Source of the DNA: an uncultured bacterium | Lineage (GTDB): Bacteria; Omnitrophota; Omnitrophia; Omnitrophales; Danuiimicrobiaceae | Direction of reading: 5' to 3' | DNA: 64,000 bases | NCBI GenBank assembly: GCA_964373885.1 | Contig: CAYJWM010000002.1 | Span: 2,189-66,188, forward strand | Part shown: piece by piece, positions 44,828-54,885 of the stretch | Layout: every line of letters starts with the position of its first letter | How positions within the stretch are numbered: position 1 is the first letter of the stretch | Notes under the pieces: generated by a model | What the model saw: the letters and a program-made list of their open reading frames with translations, nothing else | What the model was told of the DNA's origin: nothing | Database searches by the model: none | Program-made: the position numbers and the translations under genes

Positions 44828-46224
44828 AAAAATACCGTTTTCTATCTCTTTTTGTTGTTTCCCTTTTCCTCGCGCTGTTTGTCGCGGGATTGTGTTACGG
44901 CGTTTTTCTGGTGAACACCCAATATCCATGGCTTTGGATGTATGTGACGGATGCCATGAAACCGGAATCAAAGCAGGAGGTGAAAGGCCCCAAACATCTG
45001 ATGTTCGTGTTTGTGGATCATTTTGAGCCGCATGATCAGGACGCGATGGACCGGTGGATGAAGGGCTATCCCGAAATGGCCTCAAAACACGTCGATCGCG
45101 ACGGAAAACATCCCCAGCATTCTTGGTTCTGGTTTTTCAGCGAATCGGACCTGGAGGAGAAGAAAAGCTTTTTGGCGCAGCTTTCGAATTTATCTTATCA
45201 AGGTTACGGCGAAATAGAGCTTCATCTGCATCACGGAAATGACCATGAAGAATCATTTTTGAAACAGATGAATGAAGCGCTTGCGCTTTCCAGGCAAGTG
45301 GGCGCCATGGTGACCCAAGAGCCCCAGCCGTGGCAGGCGTTTGCTTTTATTCACGGGATGTGGGGTCTTGACAATTCGCGTGGGGCTGGGTTTTGCGGAA
45401 TCAATAATGAATTGATTTTGCTCCGGAAATTGGGCTGTTACGCCGATTTTACGAATCCTTCTTGGGGTCCCATGCATCCCAAAATGGTGAACCGGCTTTA
45501 TTATGCGGCGGATGATCCCCTCCGGCCAAAATCTTATGATACAGGCAGAGTCATGGAAACCGGAAAGCCGGGCGTTGGAGATTTGCTGATGTTTACGGGG
45601 CAAAGCGTGGCGGGCTTTAACAGCGTCACGCCGCATTATGATCATGGCGAAGTGGATCATGAATACCTGCCTACGCCGGGACGAATCGATGCTTGGGTCA
45701 GGAAAGCGGTTTCGGTCAAAGGGCGGCCCGAATGGGTTTTTGTCAAAGTGTTTTCCCACGGCGCTTTGGCTTCGGATCATGACGCCATGCTTGGGGATTG
45801 GGGCCATCGTTTGTATTCCTATCTGGAAGAACATTATAACAATGGCTCCGATTATGTGCTTCATTATGTGACCGCGCGCGAAGCGTATAACATCGCAAAG
45901 GCGGCGGAAGCGGGAAAAAGCGGAAACCCGAATCAGTATCGCGATTTTCTCATTCCGCCGTATGTCAACCGCTTGTTTTTGGCCAGCGTTCCGTTCGAAC
46001 CCATTCGTTTTGAGCAGGGGAAAGCCATTGTCCGTTTTATGCAGGAAAAAGGGGATTCCGCGGAAGTTCGCTTGAAGGGTACTAAAGCGGAAGTGATGGG
46101 CGATGCGACTGTTGTTTCTAAAACGGAAGCCGGCGGCGAAACGGTTTTTCATCTGCTTCTCTTGGAAAACAAAGTGGTCGGCTTTTCGTTCGAACCGAGC
46201 ACTTCAGAAGGAGTCATTAGATGA
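44821..46224 (+). CDS. Membrane-anchored hypothetical protein (possibly a divergent deacetylase/hydrolase-like fold)
   Basis: N-terminal TM (FLSLFVVSLFLALFVAGLCYGVFL). His-rich segments FVFVDHFEPHD and IELHLHHGNDHE suggest a metal site. I cannot assign a confident family. Confidence 0.35.
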   Translation: MLKKYRFLSLFVVSLFLALFVAGLCYGVFLVNTQYPWLWMYVTDAMKPESKQEVKGPKHLMFVFVDHFEPHDQDAMDRWMKGYPEMASKHVDRDGKHPQHSWFWFFSESDLEEKKSFLAQLSNLSYQGYGEIELHLHHGNDHEESFLKQMNEALALSRQVGAMVTQEPQPWQAFAFIHGMWGLDNSRGAGFCGINNELILLRKLGCYADFTNPSWGPMHPKMVNRLYYAADDPLRPKSYDTGRVMETGKPGVGDLLMFTGQSVAGFNSVTPHYDHGEVDHEYLPTPGRIDAWVRKAVSVKGRPEWVFVKVFSHGALASDHDAMLGDWGHRLYSYLEEHYNNGSDYVLHYVTAREAYNIAKAAEAGKSGNPNQYRDFLIPPYVNRLFLASVPFEPIRFEQGKAIVRFMQEKGDSAEVRLKGTKAEVMGDATVVSKTEAGGETVFHLLLLENKVVGFSFEPSTSEGVIR

Positions 46225-47432
46225 GTCCCAAAGTCGCATTCATTATTTCAAAATTCCCGTGTTATGACGAGGCCTTTATCTTAAGGGAAATCGATTCTCT
46301 TTCAAAAAAAATGGACATTGTGATTGTCTCTTTGAGGCGGTCCAAGGAAAAAATCGTCCATGACGAAGCGCGAGCGCTTTTGCCTAAAACCATCTATATT
46401 CCTTATCTTTTTTCCCGGAAAATTTTTGGGGCTTTTCTTCGGGCCATGTTCCGTACCCCTGCCCGCACCTGGCGCGCTTTTTTCCGGTTGGTGTTTGGGA
46501 ATATCAAAAGCCCGGAATTTCTGCTCAAGAGCATGATTTTTTTCCCGAAATCGATTTATTTGGCCGAGTGGGTTCAAAAGGAAAAGGTGACCCATCTTCA
46601 TGCGTATTGGGCCACGTACCCGGCTACGGCGGCGCTCGCGATTTCCGAGATGACGGGTATTCCCTTTAGTTTTACAGGACATGCCCATGATATTTATTTA
46701 AATACGACTTTTCTTGAGGAAAAGATGATGCGCGCCTCTTTTGTGACCACCTGCACGCAGCAAAACAAACGGCATTTGAGAAAGGTGGCGCCCGGATATC
46801 CCGAGAATCGGATTCTTGTGAATCATCACGGATTGAAACTTAAGCAGTTCGAAGTGAATGGGAAAAAAAGGAACGGAACCTTTCAAATTCTTTCCGTCGG
46901 TACCCTGCACGACCACAAGGGATTTCAATATTTGATCCCGGCCCTCGCGATTCTCCGCCAGAAGGGGCTTCATTTTGAATGTACCGTGATCGGCGGCGGG
47001 CCGCTCGAGAATGACTTAAAAAAACACATACGGCTTTTGAATTTGGAGTCATACGTCAGCATGACGGGCCCGCTGAAACAGAATCAAGTGCTCCCATTTT
47101 ATAAACGCGCGGACCTTTTGATTTTAATGGCCCAGCCGGAATGGCATTGGGGGATTCCGAATGTGCTGGTGGAGGCCCTGGCTGCCAAGACAGCGGTGGT
47201 CACTACGTCTTTTGGGTCGGTGGAGGAATTGATTCAGGACGGCCGAACGGGATTGATTGTTGATCCAAAAGATCCAGAAGCGTTGGCGCAGGCGATCGAG
47301 CGGCTTTATGACGATGAGGATTTGAGACGGCGCCTGGCGAATGCGGGACATGAATCCGTTATCGGACGTTTTGATTTAGACCGGAACATGAATCGATTTG
47401 CCGAAGAGATTGGAGCCCATGAGCGCGCTTAG
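46221..47432 (+). CDS. Glycosyltransferase family 4
   Basis: GIPNVLVEALAAKTAVVTTSFGSVEELIQDGRTGLIV. ATGA overlap upstream. Confidence 0.85.
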   Translation: MSPKVAFIISKFPCYDEAFILREIDSLSKKMDIVIVSLRRSKEKIVHDEARALLPKTIYIPYLFSRKIFGAFLRAMFRTPARTWRAFFRLVFGNIKSPEFLLKSMIFFPKSIYLAEWVQKEKVTHLHAYWATYPATAALAISEMTGIPFSFTGHAHDIYLNTTFLEEKMMRASFVTTCTQQNKRHLRKVAPGYPENRILVNHHGLKLKQFEVNGKKRNGTFQILSVGTLHDHKGFQYLIPALAILRQKGLHFECTVIGGGPLENDLKKHIRLLNLESYVSMTGPLKQNQVLPFYKRADLLILMAQPEWHWGIPNVLVEALAAKTAVVTTSFGSVEELIQDGRTGLIVDPKDPEALAQAIERLYDDEDLRRRLANAGHESVIGRFDLDRNMNRFAEEIGAHERA

Positions 47433-48174
47433 GTCGTCGCTTAGTTCGGTGGTGGATTACGGCACCCGGCTTTTGGGCCGGAAGCAGAAGGGGGTCCGAA
47501 TCCTTTGTTATCACCGCGTCAATGATTCCGAAAAGAATTATTTGACTGTCCCCGTGCGCCAATTCAGGGCCCAGATGGAATTTTTGGCTTGGGAAGGGTA
47601 TCAAACGATTCGTTTGAATTCGCTTTTGGCGAAAGAGACGCTCGAACGGAGCATTGTGATTACCTTTGACGACGGGTATCGGGACAATTACGAGCATGCC
47701 TATCCCATTTTGAAGGAATTCGGATTTTCGGCGGCCATTTTTTGCATCACGGGCCGGATGAACACCGGAGATTATTTGACCGCGCAGGATATTCGTCACA
47801 TGCGCACGGACGGTTTCGAATTCGGTTCCCATACGGTTTCGCACCCGCGCCTCGGCCGTTTGAGCTCCGTGGAAAAATGGCGTGAAATTTTGGATTCAAA
47901 GGGGATGCTTGAGGATTTAAGCGGCGGCCCCGTTGATTTTTTCTGCTACCCGTACGGCGACTATGACGCCGAAGCCGTGGATTTGGTCAAGAAAGCGGGT
48001 TATTTAGGGGCTTGTTCCAATCACCCCGGCGCGAATGCAAAAAAAACGAGCGCTTATCTTTTAAAACGCACCGAGATCAGCCCCGCGGATACGGTGGATG
48101 AATTTCGCAAAAAACTGTCGGGTGCTTTCGATTTACTCCATCAGGGGCTTCATTGGGTAAGGGGAAGAACATGA
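47419..48174 (+). CDS. NodB-type polysaccharide deacetylase
   Basis: ILCYHRV, ITFDDGYRDN, GSHTVSHP, FCYPYGDYD. ATG 47419 is preferred over TTG 47398. Confidence 0.8.
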   Translation: MSALRSSLSSVVDYGTRLLGRKQKGVRILCYHRVNDSEKNYLTVPVRQFRAQMEFLAWEGYQTIRLNSLLAKETLERSIVITFDDGYRDNYEHAYPILKEFGFSAAIFCITGRMNTGDYLTAQDIRHMRTDGFEFGSHTVSHPRLGRLSSVEKWREILDSKGMLEDLSGGPVDFFCYPYGDYDAEAVDLVKKAGYLGACSNHPGANAKKTSAYLLKRTEISPADTVDEFRKKLSGAFDLLHQGLHWVRGRT

Positions 48175-49601
48175 GTAAAACATTCACGGCGGAACGCCTG
48201 GGATACTTCGTTCAAAGGAACAAGGTTTTGTTCTTTTTGGGGTTTCTTTTGTGCGCCTTCGGATATGTCGTTTTGAAAGACAATCCTCCCCGTGTGCTGT
48301 TGTATGCCGTTGCCTTGATTGCAGGAGTTGTGTTTCTATGGCAGGGCCTGTTCCGTCAGGACGTGCTGACCTATTTGTTCGTGGCCTATGTGCCGTTCAG
48401 CAAGCAAATCCCCGTGGATTTCGGCAATCGAATTCCCGGCTTTAATTTGACCAATATTTTTATCGTTCTGCTTGTTTTTTTCTGGCTGAAGAATAGGGCC
48501 AAAGAAGAAGCTGGAAAACAGGCCTCCATTCCATTAAGGGTCCCTATTTTCCTGTTTTGGGGCATGGGCCTTTTTTCCGTTTTTCAGAGCTTGCCGTACG
48601 GCTTCGGTTATTTTGTTTCCATACTGATTGACTATTACCGGGTTTGGTTTGCCCCCTTATTCGTTTATTTTCTCATTGTCCATACAGCGCGGGACAAAGA
48701 GATGGTCAAAAACTTGGTCATTGTGATCATGATGGTGACGACTTTGGTTGGCCTGATGTCCATTTATGAGTACATGGATACCGATGAGCGGGTGGGCGGG
48801 ATTCTCGATGAGCCGAATCTTTTGGGCGCTTTTTTCAATTATTACATGTTTCTGCCGCTTGGTTTTTTTCTGACGAATATGAAAAACCGGCTTTATTGGC
48901 TGTTTCTTCTGCCTTTTTTGGTCTGTCTTCGGGGCGTGATGGTGACGTTTTCGCGCGCCGCGTATTTGGCGTTCGCCGCGGGCCTGTACGGCATTACTTT
49001 TTTCAGGAGCAAATTTCTGATTCTTCTGCTGGTTTTGGCCACCTTTTTCATTATTAAAAATCCGGTGTTTATTCCCGAAGGCGTTCGCTACCGGTTCGCC
49101 CAAACGTTTGAAAAATCCACGGTTTCGGCCGGCACCCAGTCCCATACCACGGAACAGCTGGACAAAAGCACAAGCGACCGTTTGCAGCTTTGGAACGCCG
49201 CTTATTGGATGATTCAAGACCATCCGTTTGTGGGGGTGGGGTATCACTTGTTCGAATCGAAGGTGCTGCATTATTACCCGGGCTCGGAGGCATATGACCC
49301 GCATAATTCTTATCTTCTGATCGCGTCGGAAATGGGAATTCCCGCGCTTGGCGTGTTTCTTTGGATATTGTGGAGCATTTTTTGGAGCGCCCGGAAGGTG
49401 TACCGGAAAACCGATGATTTATTTGTGAGGTCCATGGCACTCGGCTTTTTGGGAGGGCTGTTCAGTCTTTTAATGAGCAATCTATACGGTTCCCGGTTTA
49501 ATTCCGGGGAAATTTCCTATTATTTTTGGATTCTGTCCGCTTTGCTGGCACGGCTCAAAATGGATCTGGAAAAAACGCCGCCCTTGAAAAAAACAGGATG
49601 A
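48171..49601 (+). CDS. O-antigen ligase/Wzy-like polymerase family membrane protein, copy b
   Basis: ATGA overlap start. Paralogue of 40944-42473 (VAYVPFSKQIPVDFG, MVTFSRAAYLAFAAGL, PHNSYLLIASEMGIPAL). Confidence 0.75.
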   Translation: MSKTFTAERLGYFVQRNKVLFFLGFLLCAFGYVVLKDNPPRVLLYAVALIAGVVFLWQGLFRQDVLTYLFVAYVPFSKQIPVDFGNRIPGFNLTNIFIVLLVFFWLKNRAKEEAGKQASIPLRVPIFLFWGMGLFSVFQSLPYGFGYFVSILIDYYRVWFAPLFVYFLIVHTARDKEMVKNLVIVIMMVTTLVGLMSIYEYMDTDERVGGILDEPNLLGAFFNYYMFLPLGFFLTNMKNRLYWLFLLPFLVCLRGVMVTFSRAAYLAFAAGLYGITFFRSKFLILLLVLATFFIIKNPVFIPEGVRYRFAQTFEKSTVSAGTQSHTTEQLDKSTSDRLQLWNAAYWMIQDHPFVGVGYHLFESKVLHYYPGSEAYDPHNSYLLIASEMGIPALGVFLWILWSIFWSARKVYRKTDDLFVRSMALGFLGGLFSLLMSNLYGSRFNSGEISYYFWILSALLARLKMDLEKTPPLKKTG

Positions 49602-52600
49602 ATGGCATGAGCAAACTTGATGAATTGAAGGATGAGTTGAAAAAAGAAATGAGGGAACGCTTTGGCCAGTGGCGTTCTTCGGCGAAGGCCCGGGTGCAGA
49701 AGTTCTTTTCGGAAGGGTTATCGCCTGCGATGCTCAAGAACCGTTTTTGGAATATAAAATTCATCGGGGGGTTCATTGCCGCGTGTCTGGTCGTCGGTTT
49801 TCTCATCGGGTTTTCCGCCATGAAAGGGCCGGCCGCCCGGCTGGTGCACGCGCAGCCGGACGGCAGTTTTGTGTTTTCCAATTTTGAGACGCCGGAAGAC
49901 ATGAATCACTGGAAGGTGATTTCCGCGCAAATCGCGCCTTCAATCAATTATGCCTGGGAAAAGTCCAGGTCGGCACAAGTGACGTTTGAGGGAGGAAAAG
50001 AAATTTCGGCCGCCACGATCGGGGACATTGGGAAAAATAAAACTCAGCCGTCCGATTGGTCCTCCTATGGGGCGCTTCAATTTTATGTGTTCCATCCCCA
50101 AAAAGAAGCTGAAGCGTTCACCTTCATGGTGACGGATCTATGGGGAAAACAGTATGAGGAGACCCTAAGCGTCCCGCCCGGGATTTGGGCCCGCTTTACG
50201 GTCCCGGTCAGCAAAATAGCGAATACGATCAATGTTAAGAAAGTGAATCAGTTTTCCGTTTCGAGACGCGAGGGAACAAAGCCCGCCTTTTTTTATTTCG
50301 ATGATTTTCGCCTGCTTCCCGGAGGCGAATCGGCCGGCGCACCCGCCCGGCCATTTATGGATTACGGCTTCGCCAAGCGAAAACCGGCATGGATGGTATT
50401 TGACCCTCAGCTGAACAACAAAATAGTGCGGGTCCCGTTTATCGTCAAAAATGAGACGGACGCGCTCTGCCAGCTTTGTCCCGTGGAAGGCGGAGTGCCG
50501 CTTCCGATGGGTGAAGTCAAAGACATTAAGACCATCAGAATACGGAATTCCTCCGAAGAGGACCTGCCGTTTCAGGTCAAAGCGCTGGCCTATTGGCCCG
50601 ACCAGTCCGTCAAGTGGGTGGGAGTTCATTTCGCGACCACGCTCAGGCCCCATGACGGTGCCGGTTTCTTTTTGGATTACGGGCCTTATGTGCGTTCGTT
50701 TGATTTTGCGAACCCGCTTAAGGTGGAGGAAAACGACGCGTCCATTCTCGTCAACACCGGGGTGATGGAAACTGTTTTGAATAAAAAATCGTTTTATCTT
50801 TTTGACCGGGTTTCGATCGACCAAAATACAAACGGCTTGTTCGAACCGAGCGAGGAAATCAGTTCCAAGGCCACGCTTGTGCTCACTTTCCGCGGCAAAG
50901 AGTTCCGCACCGATTTGGACCGGAAAACCTACACCGTCGAAGTGGAGGAAAAAGGAAGCCGGCGCGTCGTGGTGAAGGCGAGCGGCTGGTATGAATCCCA
51001 GGACGGTGAACGCTACTGTCAGGCGATCGTCCGCTATTATTTTTATCAGGGCAAAAGCCATGTCCGATTGAGCCACTCGCTTATTTACACCGGCTATCCG
51101 GCCAATAAAGTATATGCTGCCTATCAAATGCTCCAGCTGCCGGAAAATGAGACCATCGATGCGTACGGTCTACGAATTCCCTTTCGTCCGTCTCAAACCG
51201 GCGAACAGGTTTTTTTCGGCCGGCCCGGCGGCAAAAACCCGATCGGAATTGTTTTGGGCGGGGACATTAAGCTTTTTCAAAAGGACTATGATCATATTTT
51301 GTTGAATCGGGATGCCGTTGACGTTCCATTTGACGGAACCACGAACGGGTGGCTGGATCTTTCGGAAAGCACCCGCGGGATGGCGGTCGCGGTCAGAAAT
51401 TTCCGGGAGAATTTTCCGAAGGCGTTTAAAATCAGCCGATCCCGAGCGGAACTTTTGGTGGATTTATGGCCGAAAGAGGCGGGTCCAATTGATCTTTCGA
51501 CGACCTCCAAGTCGGTCGGGCCGGATGATTACGGCCGGGGAAATGCGTTTGGCCTGGGCAAAACCCATGAATTGCTGCTTTATTTTCACAGGGGTGATGC
51601 CGCCGAGGCCAATGTGTATGAAGTGGCCGGAAGTTTCATGGAGCCGTTTTTGGTACGCCCTAACCCTTACTGGGTGGATGCGACCGGCACTCTGGGGCGG
51701 CTTTTTCCGGTGGACCACAAATATGCGACTCAGGAACGGGTGCTCGAAGGGCTTTTTGATTGGGCCGACCGCCATCCCCGGCATTTCAAATGGTACGGCA
51801 TGCTTGATTTTGGCGACACGCTGACCTGGTGGCGCGATTCGGACGAAGACGGCCATTACGGCGGATTCGGATGGCATCCAATCGGCCGCTGGGGCTGGTA
51901 TAACTGCGAGGGCGTGGGGACTCATACCGGGGCACTGCTTCAATATGTGAGAAGCGGCGCGTGGAAATATTTTGAATTTGGCGAGAATTTAACGCAGCAT
52001 CTGATGGACGTCGATACCGTTCATTACAACACCATCGACAATGACAAGCGGATCAAGCATGTTTTGAACCACCGTTACTCCCGGGTGGGCGCCATGCACC
52101 GCCACAGCGGCGATCATTGGGGCGGGCGTACCGATGAGGCCAGCCACACCAGCGTGGTCGGCATTCTTCTTTATTATTATTTGACGGCGAATGAACGCGC
52201 GCTCGATGTGGCCAAGGAAATCGGCGAGTATTTTCTGACGGAGCCGTTTACCTATATCGACCGGCCTGATGTGGCCCCGAACCGGGCCATGGCGAACGCT
52301 CTATGGGGCGATGTATTGCTTTATCAATTGACCTGGGATGAGCGTTATAAAAAAGCGGCTGAAAAACTAGTAAAAATTTTCTTAAAGGGGCAACAGGCGG
52401 ACGGAAGTTTTCTTGAAAATTATAATCCGCTTTTGGGAACGTGGAACGGGGAGAAACACGAGCTTTATATGAGCGGTTATCTGGTCGGCGCGCTCATTGC
52501 CTATCATGAGCTGACGCAGGATCAGGAGGTCAAAGAAATGTTTCTCCGGCTTGTCCGTTATCTAGCCCCGACGGAATTTTCAGGCCCCGTGATTTTGCAC

Positions 52601-52828
52601 GGCATCGCCTATGCTTATTTGATTACCAAAGACCCTTATTTCATCACCATGGCCGAAGAGAATATGAAAAAAATCATTTCCAATACCCAAATGTATTCTC
52701 AGGACCCATTTATGAACGGGCTGGTTTATGAAAAGCCGATTTATCACCGGCCCATGGCCTTTTTGTCCACGGTGCCGTATGTGTTCGGTGCGTTTGAAGA
52801 GTATTTTCGTGAGCATCACACGGAATGA
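49598..52828 (+). CDS. Large (1076 aa) membrane-anchored exoprotein of unknown function; possibly glycan-binding/degrading
   Basis: ATGA overlap start and one N-terminal TM (FIGGFIAACLVVGFLIGF). The N-terminal part looks like a beta-sandwich. The C-terminal part is helical and Trp/His-rich (WYGMLDFGDTLTWW, GWHPIGRWGWYNCEG), reminiscent of alpha/alpha-toroid glycanases or lyases. Confidence 0.35.
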   Translation: MNGMSKLDELKDELKKEMRERFGQWRSSAKARVQKFFSEGLSPAMLKNRFWNIKFIGGFIAACLVVGFLIGFSAMKGPAARLVHAQPDGSFVFSNFETPEDMNHWKVISAQIAPSINYAWEKSRSAQVTFEGGKEISAATIGDIGKNKTQPSDWSSYGALQFYVFHPQKEAEAFTFMVTDLWGKQYEETLSVPPGIWARFTVPVSKIANTINVKKVNQFSVSRREGTKPAFFYFDDFRLLPGGESAGAPARPFMDYGFAKRKPAWMVFDPQLNNKIVRVPFIVKNETDALCQLCPVEGGVPLPMGEVKDIKTIRIRNSSEEDLPFQVKALAYWPDQSVKWVGVHFATTLRPHDGAGFFLDYGPYVRSFDFANPLKVEENDASILVNTGVMETVLNKKSFYLFDRVSIDQNTNGLFEPSEEISSKATLVLTFRGKEFRTDLDRKTYTVEVEEKGSRRVVVKASGWYESQDGERYCQAIVRYYFYQGKSHVRLSHSLIYTGYPANKVYAAYQMLQLPENETIDAYGLRIPFRPSQTGEQVFFGRPGGKNPIGIVLGGDIKLFQKDYDHILLNRDAVDVPFDGTTNGWLDLSESTRGMAVAVRNFRENFPKAFKISRSRAELLVDLWPKEAGPIDLSTTSKSVGPDDYGRGNAFGLGKTHELLLYFHRGDAAEANVYEVAGSFMEPFLVRPNPYWVDATGTLGRLFPVDHKYATQERVLEGLFDWADRHPRHFKWYGMLDFGDTLTWWRDSDEDGHYGGFGWHPIGRWGWYNCEGVGTHTGALLQYVRSGAWKYFEFGENLTQHLMDVDTVHYNTIDNDKRIKHVLNHRYSRVGAMHRHSGDHWGGRTDEASHTSVVGILLYYYLTANERALDVAKEIGEYFLTEPFTYIDRPDVAPNRAMANALWGDVLLYQLTWDERYKKAAEKLVKIFLKGQQADGSFLENYNPLLGTWNGEKHELYMSGYLVGALIAYHELTQDQEVKEMFLRLVRYLAPTEFSGPVILHGIAYAYLITKDPYFITMAEENMKKIISNTQMYSQDPFMNGLVYEKPIYHRPMAFLSTVPYVFGAFEEYFREHHTE

Positions 52829-52844
52829 CGGATGAGGTAAAACC

Positions 52845-53639
52845 ATGCTGCTTCCTGCGTTAAATTATCACGGGCTCGAGCATTTTTCGGGTGAATACGG
52901 CTGGAATATTTCCGAAAAGCCCTATGTTGTCAATCTGGATGTGTTTGAAAAACAGATGAATTACATCGTGCGCTCAGGATTTTTGTCGCTTTCCCTTGAG
53001 GAAGTGGGCAAATGGCTGAGGATCAAAGGGGAGTACAAAAGACCGATCGTGCTGACCTTTGACGACGGGCATATCAGCCATTTCGAATATGCCGCCCCCT
53101 GTTTGAGACAAAATAAGCTCAAGGCCGTTTTTTTTGTTTCCGCCGGCTGGGTGGGGAAAGAAAACCAGATGAATTGGGAGCATTTGCGGGAACTGGTGCG
53201 CCAGGGATTTGAAATCGGTTCGCACGGGCTGACCCATATTCCGCTGACAAAGCTTTCCAATGAAGCACTGGCATCGGAGCTATGCGATTCAAAAAAGACG
53301 CTGGAAGATCGTCTCGGAATCCAGGTGAAGGGTTTTTCCGTGCCGAGAGGATATTTTTCGGAACGGGTTCGCGGGCAAGCGCTTCGCACCGGATACCGGT
53401 TTGTGTTCACCTCTCTTTTTGATTTCAATTCATTTGCCGAGGACCCTTATTTTCTCAGGCGGCTCGTGGTGACGCGCAGCACTTCTTTTGAGACCTTTGA
53501 CGGCATCATTCACGGAAATCTCGGGTTTAAAAAATGGTGGGAGCGCGCGAAGGAAACGGCGCGGAGCGTGATCAAACCCGAATGGTATGACGCGCTTTCG
53601 GGTTTCAAGCAGGCGCTTTTGCGCGGCCAGAGGGCTTGA
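52845..53639 (+). CDS. NodB-type polysaccharide deacetylase
   Basis: LNYHGL, LTFDDGHISH, GSHGLTHIPL, FSVPRGY. Confidence 0.8.
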   Translation: MLLPALNYHGLEHFSGEYGWNISEKPYVVNLDVFEKQMNYIVRSGFLSLSLEEVGKWLRIKGEYKRPIVLTFDDGHISHFEYAAPCLRQNKLKAVFFVSAGWVGKENQMNWEHLRELVRQGFEIGSHGLTHIPLTKLSNEALASELCDSKKTLEDRLGIQVKGFSVPRGYFSERVRGQALRTGYRFVFTSLFDFNSFAEDPYFLRRLVVTRSTSFETFDGIIHGNLGFKKWWERAKETARSVIKPEWYDALSGFKQALLRGQRA

Positions 53640-53640
53640 T

Positions 53641-54801
53641 ATGATTCAAAAAGCGTTTGAAGTTTTATTTTGGTGTTCGGCCGGAGCGATTGCATATGCT
53701 TATTTTTTGTATCCTATTTTTCTTTTTCTGCTGAGTTTAACGGCCGGGAAGAAGGTCCGAAAAGGTTTTTCAGAGCCTTTTGTAAGCGTGATTCTTTCGG
53801 TGTTTAATGAGGAAAAAATGATACGGGAAAAAATTGAAAATTTGCTTTCGCTTGATTATCCGCGGGATCAATTCGAAATTCTGATCGGCTCCGACGGCGC
53901 TTCCGACCGGACCGATGAAATCATTTCGGACTTTCGAATGCCCCAGGTGCGTTTTTTCCGTTTTGTCTCGAATTTTGGAAAGCCGAATGTGCTGCGCGCG
54001 CTTGTCGAAGAAGCAAAGGGGCCGGTGATCGTGTTCACGGATGCCAGACAGGCGTTTGACTCGAAGGCCGTCCGGGCCTTGGTCGAAAACTTTCATGACG
54101 GAGCCGTGGGATGCGTTTCGGGAGAGCTTTGTTTTCCTGCCGCCGGAGCCCAGAGTACCGGTAAGGGGATGGATCGGTACTGGAGCTATGAAAAATTCCT
54201 GCGGCAGAAAGAAAGCGAGATCGGTTCCATGCTCGGCGCTACGGGCGCTATTTACGCGATCCGAAAGGATTTGTTTCCGGATCTTCCTAAGAACATTTTG
54301 GTGGATGACATGTATATCCCGCTTTCCATTGTCCGGCGCGGCTACCGGGCGGTCTTCGAACGCGAAGCGCGGGCTTATGAAAAACGGCTTTCCCAATCAG
54401 GCGGGGAAGAAATGACGCGAAAAGTGAGGACGCTGGCAGGCAATTATCAAATTTTTTCGTACTTTCCGGATCTTTTTATTCCCTTCAAAAGTCCGATCGC
54501 CTGGCAGCTTTTCTCGCATAAATTTCTGCGGCTTCTGGTCCCTTTCTTCCTGCTTGCGCTTTTTGGTTCTAATTTGTTCCTGCTCGCAAGCCCTTGGTAC
54601 GCTTTCTTTTTTGCCTGTCAGGCGGCTTTTTATTTTCTCGCCCTTTCGGAGGCGCAAAAAGAAAAGAGACCAGCCCGCGTCGGGAGGGGAATCGGCTATA
54701 TTCCGTACACGTTTTGTCTTTTGAATTTTTCGGCTTTTTTAGGCCTTTTGCGTTTTTTGCGGGGGAAACTCAACGCTTCCTGGGAGAAAGCATATGCTTA
54801 A
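53641..54801 (+). CDS. Membrane-embedded GT2 glycosyltransferase (synthase-like)
   Basis: Start at ATG 53641. N-terminal TM; motifs VSVILSVFNEE, IGSDGASDRT, VFTDARQ and GATGAIYAIRK; C-terminal TM helices. Confidence 0.75.
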   Translation: MIQKAFEVLFWCSAGAIAYAYFLYPIFLFLLSLTAGKKVRKGFSEPFVSVILSVFNEEKMIREKIENLLSLDYPRDQFEILIGSDGASDRTDEIISDFRMPQVRFFRFVSNFGKPNVLRALVEEAKGPVIVFTDARQAFDSKAVRALVENFHDGAVGCVSGELCFPAAGAQSTGKGMDRYWSYEKFLRQKESEIGSMLGATGAIYAIRKDLFPDLPKNILVDDMYIPLSIVRRGYRAVFEREARAYEKRLSQSGGEEMTRKVRTLAGNYQIFSYFPDLFIPFKSPIAWQLFSHKFLRLLVPFFLLALFGSNLFLLASPWYAFFFACQAAFYFLALSEAQKEKRPARVGRGIGYIPYTFCLLNFSAFLGLLRFLRGKLNASWEKAYA

Positions 54802-54807
54802 CCCTAA

Positions 54808-54885
54808 GTCATCGCCGAAATCTTTAAGCGGGGATCCCCGACAATCCCACAAGGGGACTGCTTCGCTGAAACATTCGGGGATGAC
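54808..54885 (+). repeat. 78-nt REP/MITE-like structured repeat, copy 2 (between GT2 and exosortase; supplies ATG 54881)
   Basis: gtcatcgccgaaat...cattcggggatgac. Matches copy 1 (29907-29984) at 68 of 78 positions by hand alignment. Confidence 0.8.
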
